A stretch of 64,000 bases of DNA, taken from Terriglobia bacterium (lineage in GTDB: Bacteria > Acidobacteriota > Terriglobia > 20CM-2-55-15). This document shows positions 62,707 to 64,000 of this stretch, one piece after another. Under the pieces are notes generated by a model. It searched no databases, was not told the DNA's origin, and saw only the letters and a program-made list of their open reading frames with translations. How positions within the stretch are numbered: position 1 is the stretch's first letter; each line of letters opens with the position of its first letter. Made by a program: the position numbers and the translations under genes. The stretch lies in NCBI GenBank assembly GCA_965218585.1, contig CBDCLE010000002.1:384001-448000 (forward strand), written 5' to 3'.

Positions 62707-63243
62707 ATGGGAGATACGAACCACTTGATCTTGACAGCGACCGGGGCAGACCGCGTCGGCCTGGTCGAAGCGATATCGCAGTTTATCTCCAGAAACGATT
62801 GCAACATCGAAGACAGCAAGATGGCGGTTTTTTGCGGTGAGTTTGCCATTATTGTCCTGCTCAGCGGTGACGATTCCGATCTTAGCAAGATCAGCGGCGG
62901 CTATCAGGAGATCGAAGCCTCGACCGGTCTCACGATCACTATAAAGACGCCTGCGACCAGGACAGCAGGGGAATTTCTACTGCCATACAAACTCACGGCT
63001 TCGTGTATGGACCATCCCGGAGTCGTCCATCTCATCAGCGGCATCCTTAGCGGTATGGGTGTCAACATCGACTCGATGGAAACCAAGGCCTATTCCGCCC
63101 CGGTCAGTGGCACGCCGCTTTTCCAACTCGAAGCGGACGTAGCGATACCCGAGGGAGCGAACATCGGCGAACTGCGTGAACGCTTTGCCGCGCTTCAGAG
63201 AGAACAGAACATCGATATCGAGTTCACAGCGGTAAAGATTTAA
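62707..63243 (+). CDS. GcvR-like tandem ACT-domain protein
   Basis: TGADRVGLV...NIEDSKM; DHPGVV...SAPVSGTPLF. Confidence 0.85.
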   Translation: MGDTNHLILTATGADRVGLVEAISQFISRNDCNIEDSKMAVFCGEFAIIVLLSGDDSDLSKISGGYQEIEASTGLTITIKTPATRTAGEFLLPYKLTASCMDHPGVVHLISGILSGMGVNIDSMETKAYSAPVSGTPLFQLEADVAIPEGANIGELRERFAALQREQNIDIEFTAVKI

Positions 63244-63291
63244 TTAGGGGGCAGTGAGCAAATTCGGAATTTGCTCGCTGCCCCCTAATTA
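63241..63291. repeat. Palindrome related to the 39655 element, between convergent genes
   Basis: TAATTAGGGGGCAGTGAGCAAATT-CGG-AATTTGCTCGCTGCCCCCTAATTA. Confidence 0.75.
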
Positions 63292-64000
63292 AACTGTCCC
63301 TCTCTCCAACATCAGTGTTACAGGAGCGTGATCCGATGACCCGGCACGCGTCCGTTCCTCGACGTCTATATCCACCGATCTGATCCCCTCCCCGAGCGTT
63401 CGGTGAACGAGATGATGGTCCACGCGAAGGCCGCGGTTCCGTTCGACCGCCCCAACGCGATGGCTCCACCAGGTATATAGACCCGCTTCATCCGTGACGG
63501 CGCGCAGGGCGTCGATGAAAGTTCCGTCTCTCACAAGCGCGGTGAATCCCATGCGTTCGCGTGTGCTGCAGATCAGTTTTTCGTGCCGGGCAAGCGGATC
63601 GTAGACGTCGCGGTCATCAGGTGCAACGTTGAAGTCCCCGCACACGATGCGGGGCTCACTCACGGCAAGAGTATTTCCAAGACTTTCCAGCCACTTGAGT
63701 TTCGCCTCGTACTTCTCGCTGCCCACTTCCGCGCCGTGCGGCACGTAGACGTTGAGTACGCGAATCCCTTCAATCGTGGCCGCTATGGAGCGTGCTTCTG
63801 TGCTGTCTGTCTCGAGAGGTTCTCTGTCCACGTCCGTCTGCGGCGAACGGGACAGAATCGCGACGCCGTTATAGCCGGGTTGGCCGACAACCGAGGCTGT
63901 GTAACCCAACCCCAAGAAACCGATCCACGGGAACTTATCCTCCGTGCACTTGGTTTCTTGAAGACAGAGGACATCAGGTTGTTTCGCCTCGATCCACCGA
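63289..64000 (-). CDS. xth: Exodeoxyribonuclease III (5' end outside the window)
   Basis: PDVLCLQETK, YNGVAILSR, GDFN, YTWW, GLRVDH, SDHAPV. Confidence 0.93.
   Translation of the reverse strand, partial: RWIEAKQPDVLCLQETKCTEDKFPWIGFLGLGYTASVVGQPGYNGVAILSRSPQTDVDREPLETDSTEARSIAATIEGIRVLNVYVPHGAEVGSEKYEAKLKWLESLGNTLAVSEPRIVCGDFNVAPDDRDVYDPLARHEKLICSTRERMGFTALVRDGTFIDALRAVTDEAGLYTWWSHRVGAVERNRGLRVDHHLVHRTLGEGIRSVDIDVEERTRAGSSDHAPVTLMLERGTV

Overview
GC-rich bacterial chromosomal window, probably Acidobacteriota (inferred from gene content). The left 33 kb holds a flagellar gene cluster (fliC, csrA-fliW, flgL/K/N/M/J/I/H/A/G/F, fliN/M/A, flhF/A/B, fliR/Q) with an embedded glycan methylation/export island. 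The cluster appears to be decaying: IS256 in fliC, a group II intron with a frameshifted RT in flgI, IS1182 at the flgH stop codon, IS3 in fliM, a homopolymer frameshift in flhA, and an IS110/IS1111-type element that truncates fliQ. The IS110 element has a ~390 nt downstream non-coding region containing sequences that match its own target flank and donor junction (candidate bridge/seekRNA). Its two flanks come from unrelated genes, implying an IS-mediated deletion or rearrangement. The right 31 kb is intact and free of IS elements: S55 peptidase operon, guaB, secA, M23/M28 peptidases, TetR-RND efflux, amidase, creatininase-like, sugar dehydrogenase, DUF899, ACT-domain protein and xth. It includes a candidate ~187 nt structured RNA upstream of secA. 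All calls are from manual reading; no searches were run.
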